Assembly: GCA_951406725.2 (NCBI GenBank)
Contig: OX597818.1
Span: 1,488,001 to 1,552,000 of the forward strand
DNA: 64,000 nt
Reading direction: 5' to 3'
DNA from: Octopus vulgaris
Taxonomy: Eukaryota
How positions within the stretch are numbered: position 1 is the first letter of the stretch; the number at the start of each line of letters is the position of its first letter. The position numbers were made by a program, and so were the translations under genes. Positions 30,515 through 45,606 of this stretch are shown here, piece after piece. The notes below the pieces were generated by a model, which was given only the letters and a program-made list of their open reading frames with translations, was not told the origin of the DNA and made no database searches.

Positions 30515-31749
30515 TTACCTCTGCCTTAGTGAAGGCGGAGGTATTGTTTTAGTCGTGTTTGTTTGTTTGTTTGTCCGTGGACAAGATATCTCCAGACCCG
30601 CCAGATGGATTCGAAGAAACTTTCAGAGATGTTTGGCCTCGTGACTGGCACGAACTGATTAGATTTGGGGATCGATCCGGTAACAGACAAGGATTCTGGA
30701 TTATTTGTTACATTTACTTTGCTTTACATGAAGGATTACGATCTTACGTTTAATTTCAAGTCTTTCTCTGATTATCTCCCTTGAAAGCACACTCATGGTT
30801 TCCCCGTAAGTTATAGCGACGTTAATGTTTCTAAAATTTTATTTTCGTTTCTCTATTATTAGTTTTACTCGCATCTCTATCATAGTAGAAACTGATGGAT
30901 ATAGAAATCTACCTACATAAACAAACAGCAGCAAAACCGTTCAGAAATTAACCCTTTAGTGTTCAGATTACTCTGTTAAATGTAATACTTTTTCACTCAA
31001 ATTGTTTTGAATTAATCATGCATTACCTTACAGCTTTGAGGTTTTAATGATGTGATTGTTTATTTATAGAATGACATTGTAGGATAGGTGTGAGAGACTA
31101 GATATTGCCAGTTTGAATATAAAACATGTGGAATATCTGGGCCTGATATGGCCGGTTTAAACACTATTATATTCAGTAAGAATAATTAATTTAATTTATC
31201 CTCGAAATTTTTTAGTTTTACCAATTTTTAATATATCGCTCCTGTTTAAAACATCTTACCTACTTGACAATTGCATTTCTAGCTCTGCCTTGAAGGAAGT
31301 TTTACTTTTTGGACTCAAGTTTTTGTGCGCAATGATGTTGTTAAACCGCACCGCATGCAAATCCTTTCCGTTTTCTTTCATGCGCGGATAAATTTTTCAC
31401 TATAGACCCTAATGGTCGTAAAGACATTATATAAGTGGATTGACTAAAGAAGGCCTTCAGAGAGAAAACTATCCCTGTTCCCACTGCATTACAAACACGG
31501 CCCGCATAACCACCTTCACATTTCATGACTACCATTGGGATCGATCAGGTACCGGACAAGGATTTTGGATTATTTTTCCGGTATTTTTACTTAATTTTTG
31601 ACAGCCGTCGGGTTCATTTTTAGTATTCTCGTTTGTGAGAACAGTCGAGTTTATTTCAGATATTCTCATTTTAAAAATCATCTCTGGCTAATCGTTGAGA
31701 GGATGTTGGTGTTGCCTTGGCAGAGGTTTGTGCTCTCTAAGTGCTCTAA
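30515..31749 (+). mobile_element. Helentron-associated element (HINE/DINE-1-like), interrupted
   Basis: 5' TTACCTCTGCC...GGCGGAGGT hairpin, (GTTT)n, 3' subTIR CCTTGGCAGAGGT followed by a short stem-loop. The segment GATCGATC...GACAAGGATTYTGGATTATTT occurs at both ~30670 and ~31539. Confidence 0.7.
30949..31164. mobile_element. piggyBac-like MITE (TTAA-CCC terminus), right end eroded
   Basis: Begins TTAACCCTTTAGTGTT and ends ...AAACACT, a partial TIR. Confidence 0.45.
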
Positions 31750-31769
31750 TTATTATTATTATTATTATT

Positions 31770-34700
31770 CAGTAGTTTTATTTTTATAGCGTGCTTTCAT
31801 TTCACTACCGAGCGCAGCTCTGTGTGCCTTGGGTATGTGCTGTGATTTGTTGTGATGCTCTGATGGTTATTGTATGGAAAGTGTTCTGCGTAGGATGTGT
31901 GCAGTGCCTAGTAGTGAAATTTTCTGTATGTTATATGTCTTTGTAAGTCCTGGTGTTTTTGTTATGTATTTGTCTGAATATTTTTTTATCATGCCTAATG
32001 CACCTACTATGATAGGAATTGTTTCTGTTTTTAGATTCCACATTCTGGTTACCTCTATTTCCAGATCTTTGTATTTTGAAAGTTTCTCCATTTCTTTTAG
32101 AGACACGTTGTCATCTGCCGGTATTGATACATCAATTAGAAAGCATTTTTTTTCTTCATGATCTCTGACAACTATATCTGGTCTGTTGGCCTTAATTTCT
32201 CTATCTGTGTGTATCGGCATATCCCAAAGTATGGTTGCTTTCTCGTTTTCTGTGACCTTTTCTGGTGTGTGCCTATACCATCTTTTTTCTGTTGTTATTC
32301 CATAATGTTGGCATAGCTTCCAGTGTATGTAGGTTCCAACTCTGTCATGTCTGTGAATATATTCCTTCTTAGCCAGGACTGGGCAGCCAGGGATAATATG
32401 ATTTATTGTTTCTTGTCCATCTCCACATATTCTGCAGTTACTTGTTATATTTCTTTTCATTAGATGTTTTTGGTAATTTCTGGTGGGGAGGCTTTGGTCT
32501 TGTGCTGCAATTAAAAATCCCTCTGTCTCTGCTTTGAGTCCTGAGCTTCTCAACCATTGCTGGGATTTTTCTTTGTCTATTTCTTTTGCATTTAGTTTAG
32601 TCCAGTATTTACCATGAAGGGGTTTTTCTTGCCATCGTTTTATCATGGTTCTTTGCTGTTCTAGTTTTAGTTTGGATTTCATTTGTTTTATAGCTTTTGT
32701 TGTTTCTTCATTTTCTTCTTCTTCTTTATATTTGTTAGGTGGTATGATTTCTTGTTTGTATTTGTCAGCTTCCTTAAATACTGAGAATAGTTTTTTGTTT
32801 TGCTCGTGTTTTGTCGCTATTTGTATCAGTTTTCCTTCCTTCTGAAGTAGATATTTTTGCAGTCCTATGGTGGTTATTTTATAGTAGTTTTCCAGCTGTA
32901 TGAGGCCTCTACCACCTTCTATACGTTGTATATATAGTCTTTCTATGTCAGATTTTGGGTGATGCATCCTAGATCCTGTCATTATCTTTCTTGTTTTCTT
33001 ATCTATTTTGGTCAGTTCATTTAGTGTCCAGTTAAGGATATTGTAGCTGTAACCTATAACTGGGACAGCTAAAGTGTTGATACCTATTATCTTGTTTTTA
33101 GCATTGAGCTCTGTTTTTAGTATTGATCTAACTCGTCTATAATATTCTTTTTTTATTTTCTCTTTCATTTGTGTGTGTTGTGTCTTATCTAGTTCATGGA
33201 TTCCTAAGTATTTGTAAGTTTGGCTTTGGTCTAATTCTTTTATTTCATTGGTTTTATCTAGAGTGATGTTGCCACTCTTAACTAGTTTTCCTCTTTTCAT
33301 GGTTACTTTGGCGCATTTTTCTAATCCAAATTTCATATCTATTTCTTTGGTAAATCCATGAACTGTCTTTAATAGTGTTTCCAGCTGTTTGTCATTTGCA
33401 GCGTATAGTTTTTAGGTCATCCATATATAAAAGGTGGCTGATCGTTTTGCCGTAACATTTATATCCGCATCCAGTTCTATTTAGCATATCAGATGGAGGT
33501 GACAGTGCCAAGCAGAAAAGGAGTGGAGAGAGCGTGTCTCCCTGGAATATTCCTCTTCTAATGGGGATGGCTTTGGTTTTCATGAGTCCCTCTTTTGTTT
33601 GGAGCTGTAGCACTGTTTGCCATTTATTCATAGAGTGCCCAATGAATTTTATAATTGTTGGTGCTACTTTGTTAATGGCTAGTGTTTCCAGGATCCATGT
33701 GTGGGGGATGCTATCAAAGGCCTTTTTGTAATCAATCCACGCCATACTGAGGCCTTTCTTCTTTCTGTGGCTGTCTTCAGTTATGGCTTTATTGATCATT
33801 AGTTGATCTTTACAGCCGTATGAGCCTTTGCGGCATCCTTTCTGCTCTTGTGGAAACAGGTTGTTTTCGTCCAGGTGCTTGTTCAACCTTTGCGATATCA
33901 CTGCAGTAAATGCCTTGTACATCGTAGGAAGACAGGTTATTGGTCTGTAGTTTTCTGGTTTTGCTGTCTCATTTGATTTGGGAATTAAGATGGTTTTCCC
34001 CTTCGTGAGCCATTCAGGCATTGTCTCTGGCTTTGCTAGTATGTTGTTAAGATTTTCAGTCAGCTTTTTGTGCATTCCTGTTAGATATTTCAACCAGAAG
34101 TTGGGGATCTTATCATGCCCAGGTGCCTTCCAGTTGCTTAGTCTTTGCAGTGCCTGGGTGACCTCTTCAGTTGTTATGGGGGTCCAAAGTTGCTCAGATG
34201 CTGAGTTTGTTGTTTTCATACCCCTTTTTTTTGGTTGTTCGTTCGCCGACCATATTTCTCTCCAGAATTCTTCCACTTCCTCTGCCGTTGGTGCTGCAGT
34301 GATTTCTATTTTATTTTTGCCAAGTTCTTGGTTGAACTTTTTGGGGTTGGAGTTGAACTTTTTGTTTTGTTCAAAGAAGCGCTGGCGTTTCTCGTACCGG
34401 CGGATCCTTTGTGCTTTGGCAAGGATATCTTGCTATAGCTTTTCTTTTATTTCAGGTAAATCTTTTTGTGTGATATTGTATTTGCGGAGTATTTTTGTTT
34501 TCTTTTTGTTGCTCAGTAGCTTTGATTGTCTACTGATTTCATTAAGAATCGACAGATCTCTTCTTATTTTTTGTATTTTGTTTTGGATGTTATTTATCCA
34601 CAAGGTTTGTTTGGGTGGTGGTACTCCTGTTTGGACGGGTTTTAGTGAGTATCCAGCTTCTTTTGTGGCTGCAGTGGCTGCTGCGTATACTAAGTCATTT

Positions 34701-35808
34701 AGCTCAGTGATATCGCTTTTTGTTTCAGTGGCTATTAGTTCCGTGACGGCTAGGTTAATGCTGTTTATAATTGGTGTTGTTGTTTCGTCTATTTTGATTT
34801 TTGGGAGGTATGGTCGGTGGTCCATTTTGAGCTCTGTGGTTTTCAGTTCTTTGATTATTCTACTTTTTATAGTATCATAATCATTAGGCTCCCCTTCATT
34901 ATTTCTAGGTTTTAGATTTGTGTCGTTTTCTTTCTTATTTGTATGTTTGTTTGTCGTGTTGGGAGTGTTACATTCGTCTTCGTGTTTTACTGTTTCAGTG
35001 TTTATATTATTGGGCATTGTTGTGTGGCTTCTATCTACATTTTCCTGATGTATTTTTTCTTTTAGATGTTCTATTTCTATTTCTGATATTTTTTTGCGTT
35101 GAGAATGTATCTTCGTACGTTAGCTAGTTTGTTAGGGTTCATTGCTGTATCCAAGTCTATATTTATGTTGTTTTCCTTCCATATTTTATATGTATGTGTT
35201 GTTGTATTTTCATTCTTTGGGTAGAGCACTGCTGTAAAATAAGCATGTAGGATAGAATTGTATTCCTCACGTGTCTATTTATGTCTTTTGGGTTTTATTT
35301 GCGGGACATGAGGAGCAACGTCCGGCCCATTATTTTGACGGTCGTCATTTTCGTAGGGTACCGGTCCGTTCATTTCTGTTGTCACATTGTTTTGCACGTG
35401 TAGTTTTTCGTACATTTTATGTTGTAAGTTTAATGTACGTACTTCCCAATTGCTATTCTTGGGTTGAATAATATCGGTGTTATTTAATTTCTTCGTAGTT
35501 TTTTTGTACATGGTGTTTGGGCTCGGAGATGATCTGGTGTTGATGGGTCGTAATGTTTCCGCGCATGTTTACATGTGTTGTGTTCGAGGTGGAGATGATA
35601 TCGAGTTAAAATACATCATGTCGTTTCGAAGATAGTAATAAATTTCAATGGGTATTACTTACTCAGATATAGTCCAATCCTTTGTCAGTAAATTTTTGGC
35701 TCCATACGATGTCTTTGTATCCGATGTTTGTGGATAGATTTCGGAGCGCTGTTTTATCGCTCTCACATGTGTAACGTCCCCGGTGTAATCTGTTTAACGC
35801 CCCGGTGT
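31770..35808 (-). mobile_element. Near-full-length Dong/R4-clade retrotransposon (family A), ~4.04 kb, in (TAA)n
   Basis: 5'UTR, N-terminal region, RT (33392-34276) and CCHC-RHD-PD(D/E)xK endonuclease (31867-33336), then the 3'UTR; TAA tracts on both sides. Confidence 0.96.
31867..35511 (-). pseudogene. RT-RLE polyprotein ORF with about 2 stops and 2 frameshifts
   Basis: Pieces 35511-35275, 35017-34433, 34276-33392 (in frame with the previous piece, separated by one TAG) and 33336-31867. Confidence 0.88.
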
Positions 35809-35836
35809 AATTATTATTATTATTATTATTATTATT

Positions 35837-35931
<95 letters not shown>

Positions 35932-35932
35932 T

Positions 35933-35963
<31 letters not shown>

Positions 35964-36040
35964 TTGTTGTTGTTGTTGTTGTTATTACTATTATTATTAT
36001 TATTATTGTTATTATTATTATTGTTGTTGTTATTATTATG

Positions 36041-36086
<46 letters not shown>
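35809..36086. repeat. Compound (ATT)/(CAT)/(GTT) microsatellite
   Basis: Directly visible. Confidence 0.97.
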
Positions 36087-36087
<1 letters not shown>

Positions 36088-36240
36088 GGCAGGGGTCGAC
36101 TTTGTCTTTCATCTTTTCGGGGTCGATAAGGTAATTACCAGTGAAACACTGGGGTTGATGTAATCCATAAAGTACCAGTTGAGTACTGGGGTTGATGTCC
36201 ACATCGTCCAAATTTCAGGCTTTGTGACTTTTTTTGAAAG
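36087..36240 (+). mobile_element. tRNA-derived SINE, head-truncated, with (ATT)n tail
   Basis: GGTCGACTTTGTCTTTCATC...AAATTTCAGGC...GAAAGGATTATT. Confidence 0.75.
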
Positions 36241-36264
36241 GATTATTATTATCATCATTTTTAT

Positions 36265-36786
36265 TGAGTGAGAGAGTAGTGCACTATGGTACAAATATAC
36301 GAAGCGCCATATACCCATCATGACTACACGTCTGATAATGTTGCATCAGTCACATGCAATACAACCATATATGGGTAACATAGTGATCTCAAATCAAGAT
36401 AAACAGCGCATGACCTTGCAAGTAGGACCCAGTTAGAATCTTGTTCGAGTCGAGTAGTCCATCCCACTTGAAAGTCTCGGAGAAAGGTTTTTCTTAGATG
36501 AGGAACGAAATACCCATGTTTCCAAAAATGAATTATTCAAATCCCAAAGAATTCCTCTTAGCACATGGTTATGGTATTTCCCCACTACTCCTGCTCATGA
36601 TGGGAGAAACACATATCGTCAGCTACTAAGGGGCATGCTCAAATGTTTAACGTCAAGCAACTGATAAGTAAATCTGTGGTATTGTGTAGAGTATTTGCTG
36701 TAGCCCATCTTTTATACAAAGATAAAACAATATACATAACACTTCCAATCAATTAAAATCAAGAGCCTTCCAATCAGTCAAGATTA
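36265..36786 (-). mobile_element. Non-coding TAA-associated element X, diverged copy
   Basis: Colinear with 38762-39320. Confidence 0.8.
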
Positions 36787-38426
36787 CATTGTACAACAAT
36801 GAGAAAAAACGTAATTGAGAATGAATTACCTTTTCTATGGTTATTTTGTGTGTAGATCACGAATATAACATCCATTTCTTTCTGTGACACACCAGTTTCT
36901 CGTAAATCACCATCTTACGTTAAATACACTGATGGTTCCGAAGAAATTGAGTGCAAACAGGTTTGGGCCAAAACTGACAACTCTAAAAGTTATGAACAGA
37001 TTTTGAGATAATTTTAATGGGGTGTTCTTAAGGTATTTACCAATCTAACCTATAAAAATTATAAAAGTACACTTAAAATTCTTATAGTTATATGGGTCCA
37101 AATCTGTGCTCTATCTGACAAGAATCTACACCTCATCATCCAACCTGAACTTAATTATCTAGTTCGTGATCTAACGCTTATTAAGCACAGAGTGAAGTCC
37201 TGGCTTACGTCTACATCAATGGAATCTGTTGGATAAAGATGCTCTAATTATAGATCTACACCAATTCTCCACTTTGGTAAACAACTTGACTTATTGTAAT
37301 TATATCAGAGACCTATTTGATGCCCTTTGAGCTGACCCATGAAGTGAGTGGAGGCTATTCATAAAAGCGGTTCTGTTGCATACTGGGAACACCATACATT
37401 CAATTCCAATTGCTTACTCAGTAATTTTAAGAGAGGCATATGGGAACCTTGCTTTTATGCTAGTCCGCATAAGTTACAAGAAGCATGAGTGGCTAATTTG
37501 TGCGGACTTGATTGTAGTTGCCCTACTTAACTGGCTACAAACTGGGTAGACCAAGTTTATGTGCTTCCTTTGCAAGTGAGACAGTAGGGCCAGATCAGAT
37601 CATCATGTACGCTCAGATAGGCTACCTCGGGAAATTATGACGCTTGGATGCCATAATGTATATCATGAGTCTGTAGTTAAGGAGAAAATCATTTTGTCAC
37701 CACTGCATATAAAACTAGGCCTAATGAAGCAATTTACCAAAGCACTGCAACGTAACAAGCCATGTTTCCAGTACCTCAAGGCGACTTTCCCTAAAATAAG
37801 CGATGCCAAGATTAAAGAGGGCATATTCGTAGGCCCTCAGATTCGTCAACTTATAGTTGATTAGGACTTCGAGGCGACAATGGACAAAACTGAGCTAGCA
37901 GCCTGGTTTGCATTCAAAGATGTATGCAAAGACGTTCTGGGAAAGCACCAGGTGGCCCAGTATAGTGGAGAGCCTAATCGAGTGTTACCAAGATCTCTGA
38001 TGCAAAATGTCACTGAAGATACACTTGTTTCGTTCTCATCTGTCCTTCTTCTCAGAGATTGCAGGAGATATCAATGATGAACATGGAGAGAGGTTCCAAT
38101 AAGATATAGCATCAATGGAAAACAGGTATATGCTAGCTGACATCTGCTTGAACCTGAAGCGCGACACGCCTGGGACATCTTATAAACGAAGAAGTAAATA
38201 CTAAAATGTAGGTTAATACGTCATATAATGCTAACAAACATGCCGATTCATTATATATTTATGAATTAATTGCAATGGACATATTTATTAAGTCGGTAAT
38301 TTACAAGAAAATGTGACATGATAGGAAATTTTTGTTATAAAATTCGAATTTAGCACAATCAACATCATAATAAAATGTACATAAGAATTAGGTTTTTTTC
38401 TTGACTCTGAAATTTGTTGTACAGTC
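36787..38426 (+). mobile_element. Chapaev3 (CMC superfamily) DNA transposon, degenerate
   Basis: IILSPLHIKLGLMKQFTKAL...KIKEGIFVGPQIRQL and DEHGERFQ motifs; termini CATTGTACAACAA and TTGTTGTACAGTC; TTA TSD at 36784-36786 and 38427-38429. Confidence 0.82.
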
Positions 38427-38441
38427 TTATAATTATTATTG

Positions 38442-39451
<1,010 letters not shown>

Positions 39452-39476
39452 CAGCAGCAGCAGCAGTAGTAGTAGC

Positions 39477-39507
<31 letters not shown>

Positions 39508-39509
39508 TT

Positions 39510-41230
39510 CAGTAGTCTTATTTTGATCACGTGCTTTCACTGCGCTAACGAGTGCTGCGTGTATGCCTTCAGTATGTACTGTGGTTTGTTGTGACGCTCT
39601 TATTTTCACTGCACCAAAAGTGTGCGGTGGCTAGTTGTGCTATTTTCTGGATGTTATATATACTTGTAAGTCCTGGTGTTTTTTGTTACGTATTTGTTTA
39701 ATGGGTTTCTTTTTATCAAACCTAATTCAACTACTATAATAGGAATTGTTTCTGTTTTTAGGCTCTATATTCGAGTTACTTTTATTTCCAGATCTTTGTA
39801 TTTTGAAAGTTTCTTCGTTTTTTATTTTAGGGAAACGTTGTCATCTGTTGGTATTGTTATATCGATTAGAAGGCATTTTTTTTCTTGGTGAACTCTGACA
39901 TCCGGCCTATTGGCCTTAATTTCTCTATCTGTGTGTATTTAACACTCTTCGAAATGCTGTTAGGAATGTATGACAGAATCTCAATTTTGCTCTCTTATAA
40001 AACCTGAGATAATGTTCCTTGTGAAAAGAAATTATAATTAGAATCATTTAAGCGTGGCTATTTTCTTTTTCTCTTTTCCATTATCGTTGAGGGTTATTTT
40101 ATTATTTGTTTGTTAGTTAGTTTATTTATTTACTTATACCATCGACGTGTATAGTTGCTTTCTCATTTTCTGTAACCTTTTCTGGAATGTTCCTATTCCA
40201 TCTTTTTTCTGTTATTCCATAGTGTTGGCATAGCTTTCAGTGTATTTAGGTCCAAACTCTGTCGGGTCTGTGAATATATTCCTTCTTAGCCAGGACTGGT
40301 CAGGCAGAGAAAATATGATTTAATGTTTCTTCTCCATCTCCACATATTTTGCAGTTACTTGTATTTCCTTTTATTACATGTCTTTGATCTTGTGCTACAA
40401 TTAAAAATACTTCATTCTCTGCTTTGATTCCTGAGTTACTCAGCCATTGTTGGGATGTTACTTTGCCTGTTTTTTCTATTTAGTTTAACCCAATATTTGC
40501 TGAGCAGGGGCTTTTCTTGCCATCGTTGTATCATGACCCGTTGCTCTTCCAGTTTTAGTTTGGATTTCAGTTGTTTTGCAGCTTTCGTTGTTTCTTCTTT
40601 TTCTTCATAGTTGTTAGGTACCATGTCTTATTTTTGTATTTGTCAGCATCCTTAAAGGCTGAAAAATATTTCGTTCTGTTCGCATTTTGTGGCTATTTGT
40701 ATTAGTTTTCCTTGCTGCTGAAGCAGGTATCTTTGTAGTTATATGGTGGTTATTTTGTAATAGCTTTCCAGCTGTATAAAGCCTCTACCATCTTCAATAC
40801 GTTGTGTATATAACCTTTCTATGTTAGATTTTGGGTGGTGCATCCTAAATGCTATCATTATTTTTCTTATTTACCTGTCTATTTTGATTAGTTCATTTTG
40901 AGTCCAGTTAAAATTGCAGCAGTAACTTATGATTGGGACGGCTTGAGTGTTGATACCAATTATCTTAGTTTTTGCATTGAGCTCTGTTTTCAGTATTCAT
41001 CTAACTCGTATTCCTTTTTATCTTCTCTTCCATTTGTGTGAGTTGTATCGTATCTAGTTTAGTTATTCCTTAGTACTTGTATGTCTGGCTTTGGTCTAAT
41101 TCTCTTATTTTATTTGCTTTATCTAATGTGATGTTATTACTCTTAAATAGATTTCTTCTTTTCAAAGTTGCTTTGGCACATCTTTCTACACCAAATTTCA
41201 TGTTTATTTCTTTGGTAAATCCATATACTC
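39510..41230 (-). mobile_element. Diverged Dong family A-like element, 5'-truncated, with a 213-bp foreign insert
   Basis: MKFGVERCAKATLKR..YKY, RWQEKPL and the family A-type 3'UTR; insert at 39938-40150. Confidence 0.88.
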
Positions 41231-41254
41231 TCTGTGGTAATGTTATTGTTATTA

Positions 41255-41331
<77 letters not shown>

Positions 41332-41364
41332 TTGATTATTATTGTTATTATTGTTGTTGTTCTT

Positions 41365-43065
41365 TTTTTACTTTTTTCTGCATGTTTGTTACAGTCACTT
41401 GCCGAGACACACCCAGTGTCCTGGGGCGAGTGAAAGATAAGAGATGTTACAGTATGACTGAAAAATTGAGGAGGGGAAGGTAGCGAAGTATCTTCATGTA
41501 ATACAACACAAACTTTTAAATGGATAGGGTTTTTCTAAGTATGTTTGAAGTACTTGTCAGTACAATCTTTTGAATTTCTCTGAGACACGGTTCTCCTGGG
41601 ATTTTATCTAGATGTTTCTGACATCCTTTGTTTTATCTTACCTAGGGAGCCTACAATAACAGGAACAGTTCTCGCTTTAAAAAGCCACATCTTTTGTATC
41701 TCCAGTTCCAGGTGCTTGTATTTACTTAAGTTGTCAAATTCCTTGACAGATATACTTTTATCAGTAGGAACAATTGCCTCTATTAGTTAACAAATATTTT
41801 CGTCTCTGTCTTTAAAAATCATGTCTGGTCGATTATCATGGATCATTCTGTCTGTCTTGACTGGAAAATTCCAGAAGGTAGTGACACTTTCACCTTCAAC
41901 GACTGGCTCAGGATGATGTTCTTATCAGTAGGCAGCAGTGCTGATTTTGTAGTGTTTACATATTTTCCAGTGTAAATACTGTCCGAACCTATAGTGGCGA
42001 TTTTTGTATTCTTTGGTGTCAGCACAGGACATCCCCAGATGAGATGGTATATTGTTTCGTCAAATGTGCCGTAGAATCTGAAATTAGGTTCAGAACCGTT
42101 TTGAAGAACGGTAGCCCGGTAGTTTTTGGTAAGCAACTTTCGATCCTGTGCCGCCAATATGAAACCTTTAGTCTCTGCTTTCGACTTCGTAGAATATACT
42201 GTCCATGTAGATGCTTCTGGCTCCACCGCTACTCAATTTATTTCAGCCCGTTCTTTTTTGCAGTCTGCTTGATCCATTTTGCTTATTTTGTGGCAGTAGT
42301 TTCAGGTTTTTCAAATATTTCAGGATTAATGCCAAGTTCCCCTGTGAATTTGCAAGCTTCCTTGACAATAAAATGTGATTTTTTGCTACTTTCGTATTTG
42401 CACACAAGTCGTAGCGTCCAGTCCTCTGTACTGGATAAGTACCTGTTCATTGCTGTTGTGGAATCTTATCGAACAGTTCTACATGCATCATTCCTCTTCC
42501 CCCATTACTTCTGGGTACGTACAGACGATCAACATATGCTTTTGAGTGCTGCATTTTCTTAGAAGTTAGTAGTTTTCTTGTCTTTCTCTCCAGGCGTTGG
42601 AGCTCTGTAAGATTCCAGTTAATGATATTGAAACTATATTGTACTACTGGAAGTGCCAGGGTGTTAATGGCTCCGATGCGATTTTTAGAGTTCAGTTTTT
42701 AGTATGAGTCTTATTCTCCTGCAATATTCCTTTCTTAGTTTTTCCTTCATGGTAGCAGGTTGTATACCATATCCTTTCTTTATCCCCATGTATTTGAAAT
42801 TTTCTTGTGGATCAAGCTCCTTGATGGTAGTGTCGGTATATAATTTAATAGAAGCTGTTTTCCTGAGTTTGATTCTTACAAAAGTTGCTTGAGAACACTT
42901 ACCAAAGTCAAAGTTCATCCCGATGTCATTACTGAAATCTTTAGCAGTTGTTAGCAGCCCTGCTAGCTCTTCGTCGTTTCTAGCAAACAGCATCATATCG
43001 TCCATATAAAACAGATGGCTTATTGTCGTATTATAACCTTTGAACACATACTTGTTATTTAGTTC
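41365..43065 (-). mobile_element. Dong/R4 family C, 5'-truncated, degenerate
   Basis: SHLFYMDDMMLFA, KAETKGFILAAQD, ETIYHLIWGCPVL, LRKTLSI*; distinct 3'UTR followed by a TAA-rich tract. Confidence 0.85.
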
Positions 43066-43140
43066 GTATATATGTATGTACGTACGTATGCATGTATATA
43101 CATACATATATGCATACACATACAGACAAACATAAACTCA

Positions 43141-43195
<55 letters not shown>

Positions 43196-43413
43196 TTCTC
43201 TTTCTCTTTTCTCTTTTACTTGTTTCAGTCATTTAACTGCGGCCATGCTGGAGCACCGCCTTTAATCGAGCAACTCGACCCCGGGACTTATTCTTTGTAC
43301 GCCCAGTACTTTTTCTATCGGTCTCTTTTTTGCCGAACCGCTAAGTGACGGGGACGTAAACACACCAGCATCGGTTGTCAAGCGATGCTAGGGGGACAAA
43401 CACAGACACACAA

Positions 43414-43444
<31 letters not shown>

Positions 43445-43616
43445 CATATATACGACAGGCTTCTTTCAGTTTCCGTCTACCAAATCCACTCACAAGGCAT
43501 TGGTCGGCCCGGGGCTATAGCATAAGACACTTGCCCAAGATGCCACGCAGTGGGACTGAACCCGGAACCATGTGGTTGGTTAGCAAGCTACTTACCACAC
43601 AGCCACTCCTGCGCCT
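43196..43616 (-). mobile_element. CORE-type tRNA-derived SINE, full length
   Basis: rc GGCGCAGGAGTGGCTGTGTGGTAAG...GGTTCAGTCCC...CTTGGGCAAGTGTCTT (CORE-like), internal microsatellite, (AAAAGAG)n tail. Confidence 0.88.
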
Positions 43617-43644
43617 ATATATATATATATATATATATATAGTC

Positions 43645-44330
43645 GTGTAAGAATGTACAAGTCAGAAAAATTGGCACTCGTATGTTTGTCAATAGAGTAA
43701 GTATATTACTCGAAATATACAATATTATAGATTCATTACTGTCGACTTTACCAATCGTTTGTGTACAGGATATTAGGTACTTAAATGATTATCTAAGAAT
43801 TGCGCTCGTCAGAGTTGGCGGATATGGAAAACAGGCGATATTTACTAGACATTTTGACATTTACAAACATAATCGAGTGTACCAGCAATTATTGATTTAA
43901 ATGTAGATGTATACCAATAATTATTTATACCAAGTTTCGAAGGTATTTGTCCAAAGATAGTTTCCTTCTTGCTGATTTTCGAAGAGATGTTCCAAATAAC
44001 TATGTCAAGTATGTTATGTGTCCCCTGGATCGAAATTCTGAAGGGTATGTTCCACTAATATTCCTTGTGCTGATACGTAATTATATATTTAATAATAGAT
44101 GTATTGCTTATAGTTATCCTAGAAGAGTCTTTCGTGAATATGGCTTTGTATATTGTTTTAGCAACGACATCATATCTCATTGGGAAGTACTACTTTGATG
44201 AGATTTCTGGACAGCTGCTGATTACATGTTATGTCCTCTACAGAAGAATGACATTATTAGCGACATTTGTGGTTGCATCTTGAGATTTTAAGGGCTTTAC
44301 TAACCTTTTTGTTGTTTAGATATTTTGTAA
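43645..44330 (-). mobile_element. Old RLE-type non-LTR 3' remnant (another family), between (TA)n and (TATG)n
   Basis: rc translates to VISSCPEISSK*YFPMRYDVVAKTIY and ..DIVIW, matching the CCHC-RHD-PD motifs. Confidence 0.5.
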
Positions 44331-44967
44331 CTATGTATGTATGTATGTATGTATGTATGTATGTATGTATGTATGTATGTATGTATGTATGTATGTATGT
44401 ATGTATGTATGTATGAGCCAACAAGAAAGACGTTTACATATAGCTAAATCTGACAGAAATGGCAGCCAAATGGCCCTCAAATCTCACGTAACTGTTTTAA
44501 CAGCAATTGTGATGGTGGCTAGCAGTGGCGGCGCGGCGGAGGGGGTGCTAGTGGTGGTGGTGGTGGTGGTGGTGGTGGTGGTAGTGGTGGTGGTGGTGGT
44601 GGTGGTGGTGATAAAGACTAGTGGTGACGACATAATTATTATGTATGTCGTTACGATTCTTGTTATCAGAAAAACCAATGTAAAACCCACCCAGGTTTGT
44701 CAATCTAAACACCCAAACAGCAGTATATCTATGAGATAATACTGAGTTGATTGATATTCAGGGTGTGAGGTTTGAAAACAGAAACAATCTCCTGCGTCAA
44801 AAAGAAAGAGACGGGGACAGAAAGAAGGAAGATTTCGGGACTGACACAACATAAAAACTTACAACACGTTACATAAAATACTGTCAATGCAATAAAAAAC
44901 AAGGCATTGAAAACTTCCATAAATGTAAAACTAGGTAAAAATGACGCCGACAGCAAGGATAAAGAAA

Positions 44968-45004
<37 letters not shown>

Positions 45005-45517
45005 ATTTTTATTAGCGACCATCTTACATCAAGAAACAGAACGGGATAAAAACAAAAATATGAGCAAAGGCGGTGAAGGTTGCTACAATTTTCCCAATAA
45101 AACCAAAACACGTCGATGGTATAAGTAAATAAATAAACTAACTAACAAACAAATAATAAAATAACCCTCAACGATAATGGAAAAGAGAAAAAGAAAATAG
45201 CCACGCTTAAATGATTCTAATTATAATTTCTTTTCACAAGGAACATTATCTCAGGTTTTATAAGAGAGCAAAATTGAGATTCTGTCATACATTCCTAACA
45301 GCATTTCGAAGAGTGTTAAAGGCGTGAAGTGGAGGCAAACAGCGCCAACGCACAGCAACAACAACAACAGCAATAATAACCGGAACGAATTGAAAAGAAA
45401 TCATTCTAGCTCGGTGTGTGGAATTGTTTCTTTATGTTTATGTCACGTTTATCCAGTAAAAAAGTAGGTTAGTAAGATTCCATTTCACGCGCACACACAC
45501 ACGCACACACACGCACG

Positions 45518-45606
<89 letters not shown>

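Noticed and set aside
33978-34880. 300-aa plus-strand ORF
   Set aside because: It is the antisense shadow of the Dong ORF and has no motifs.
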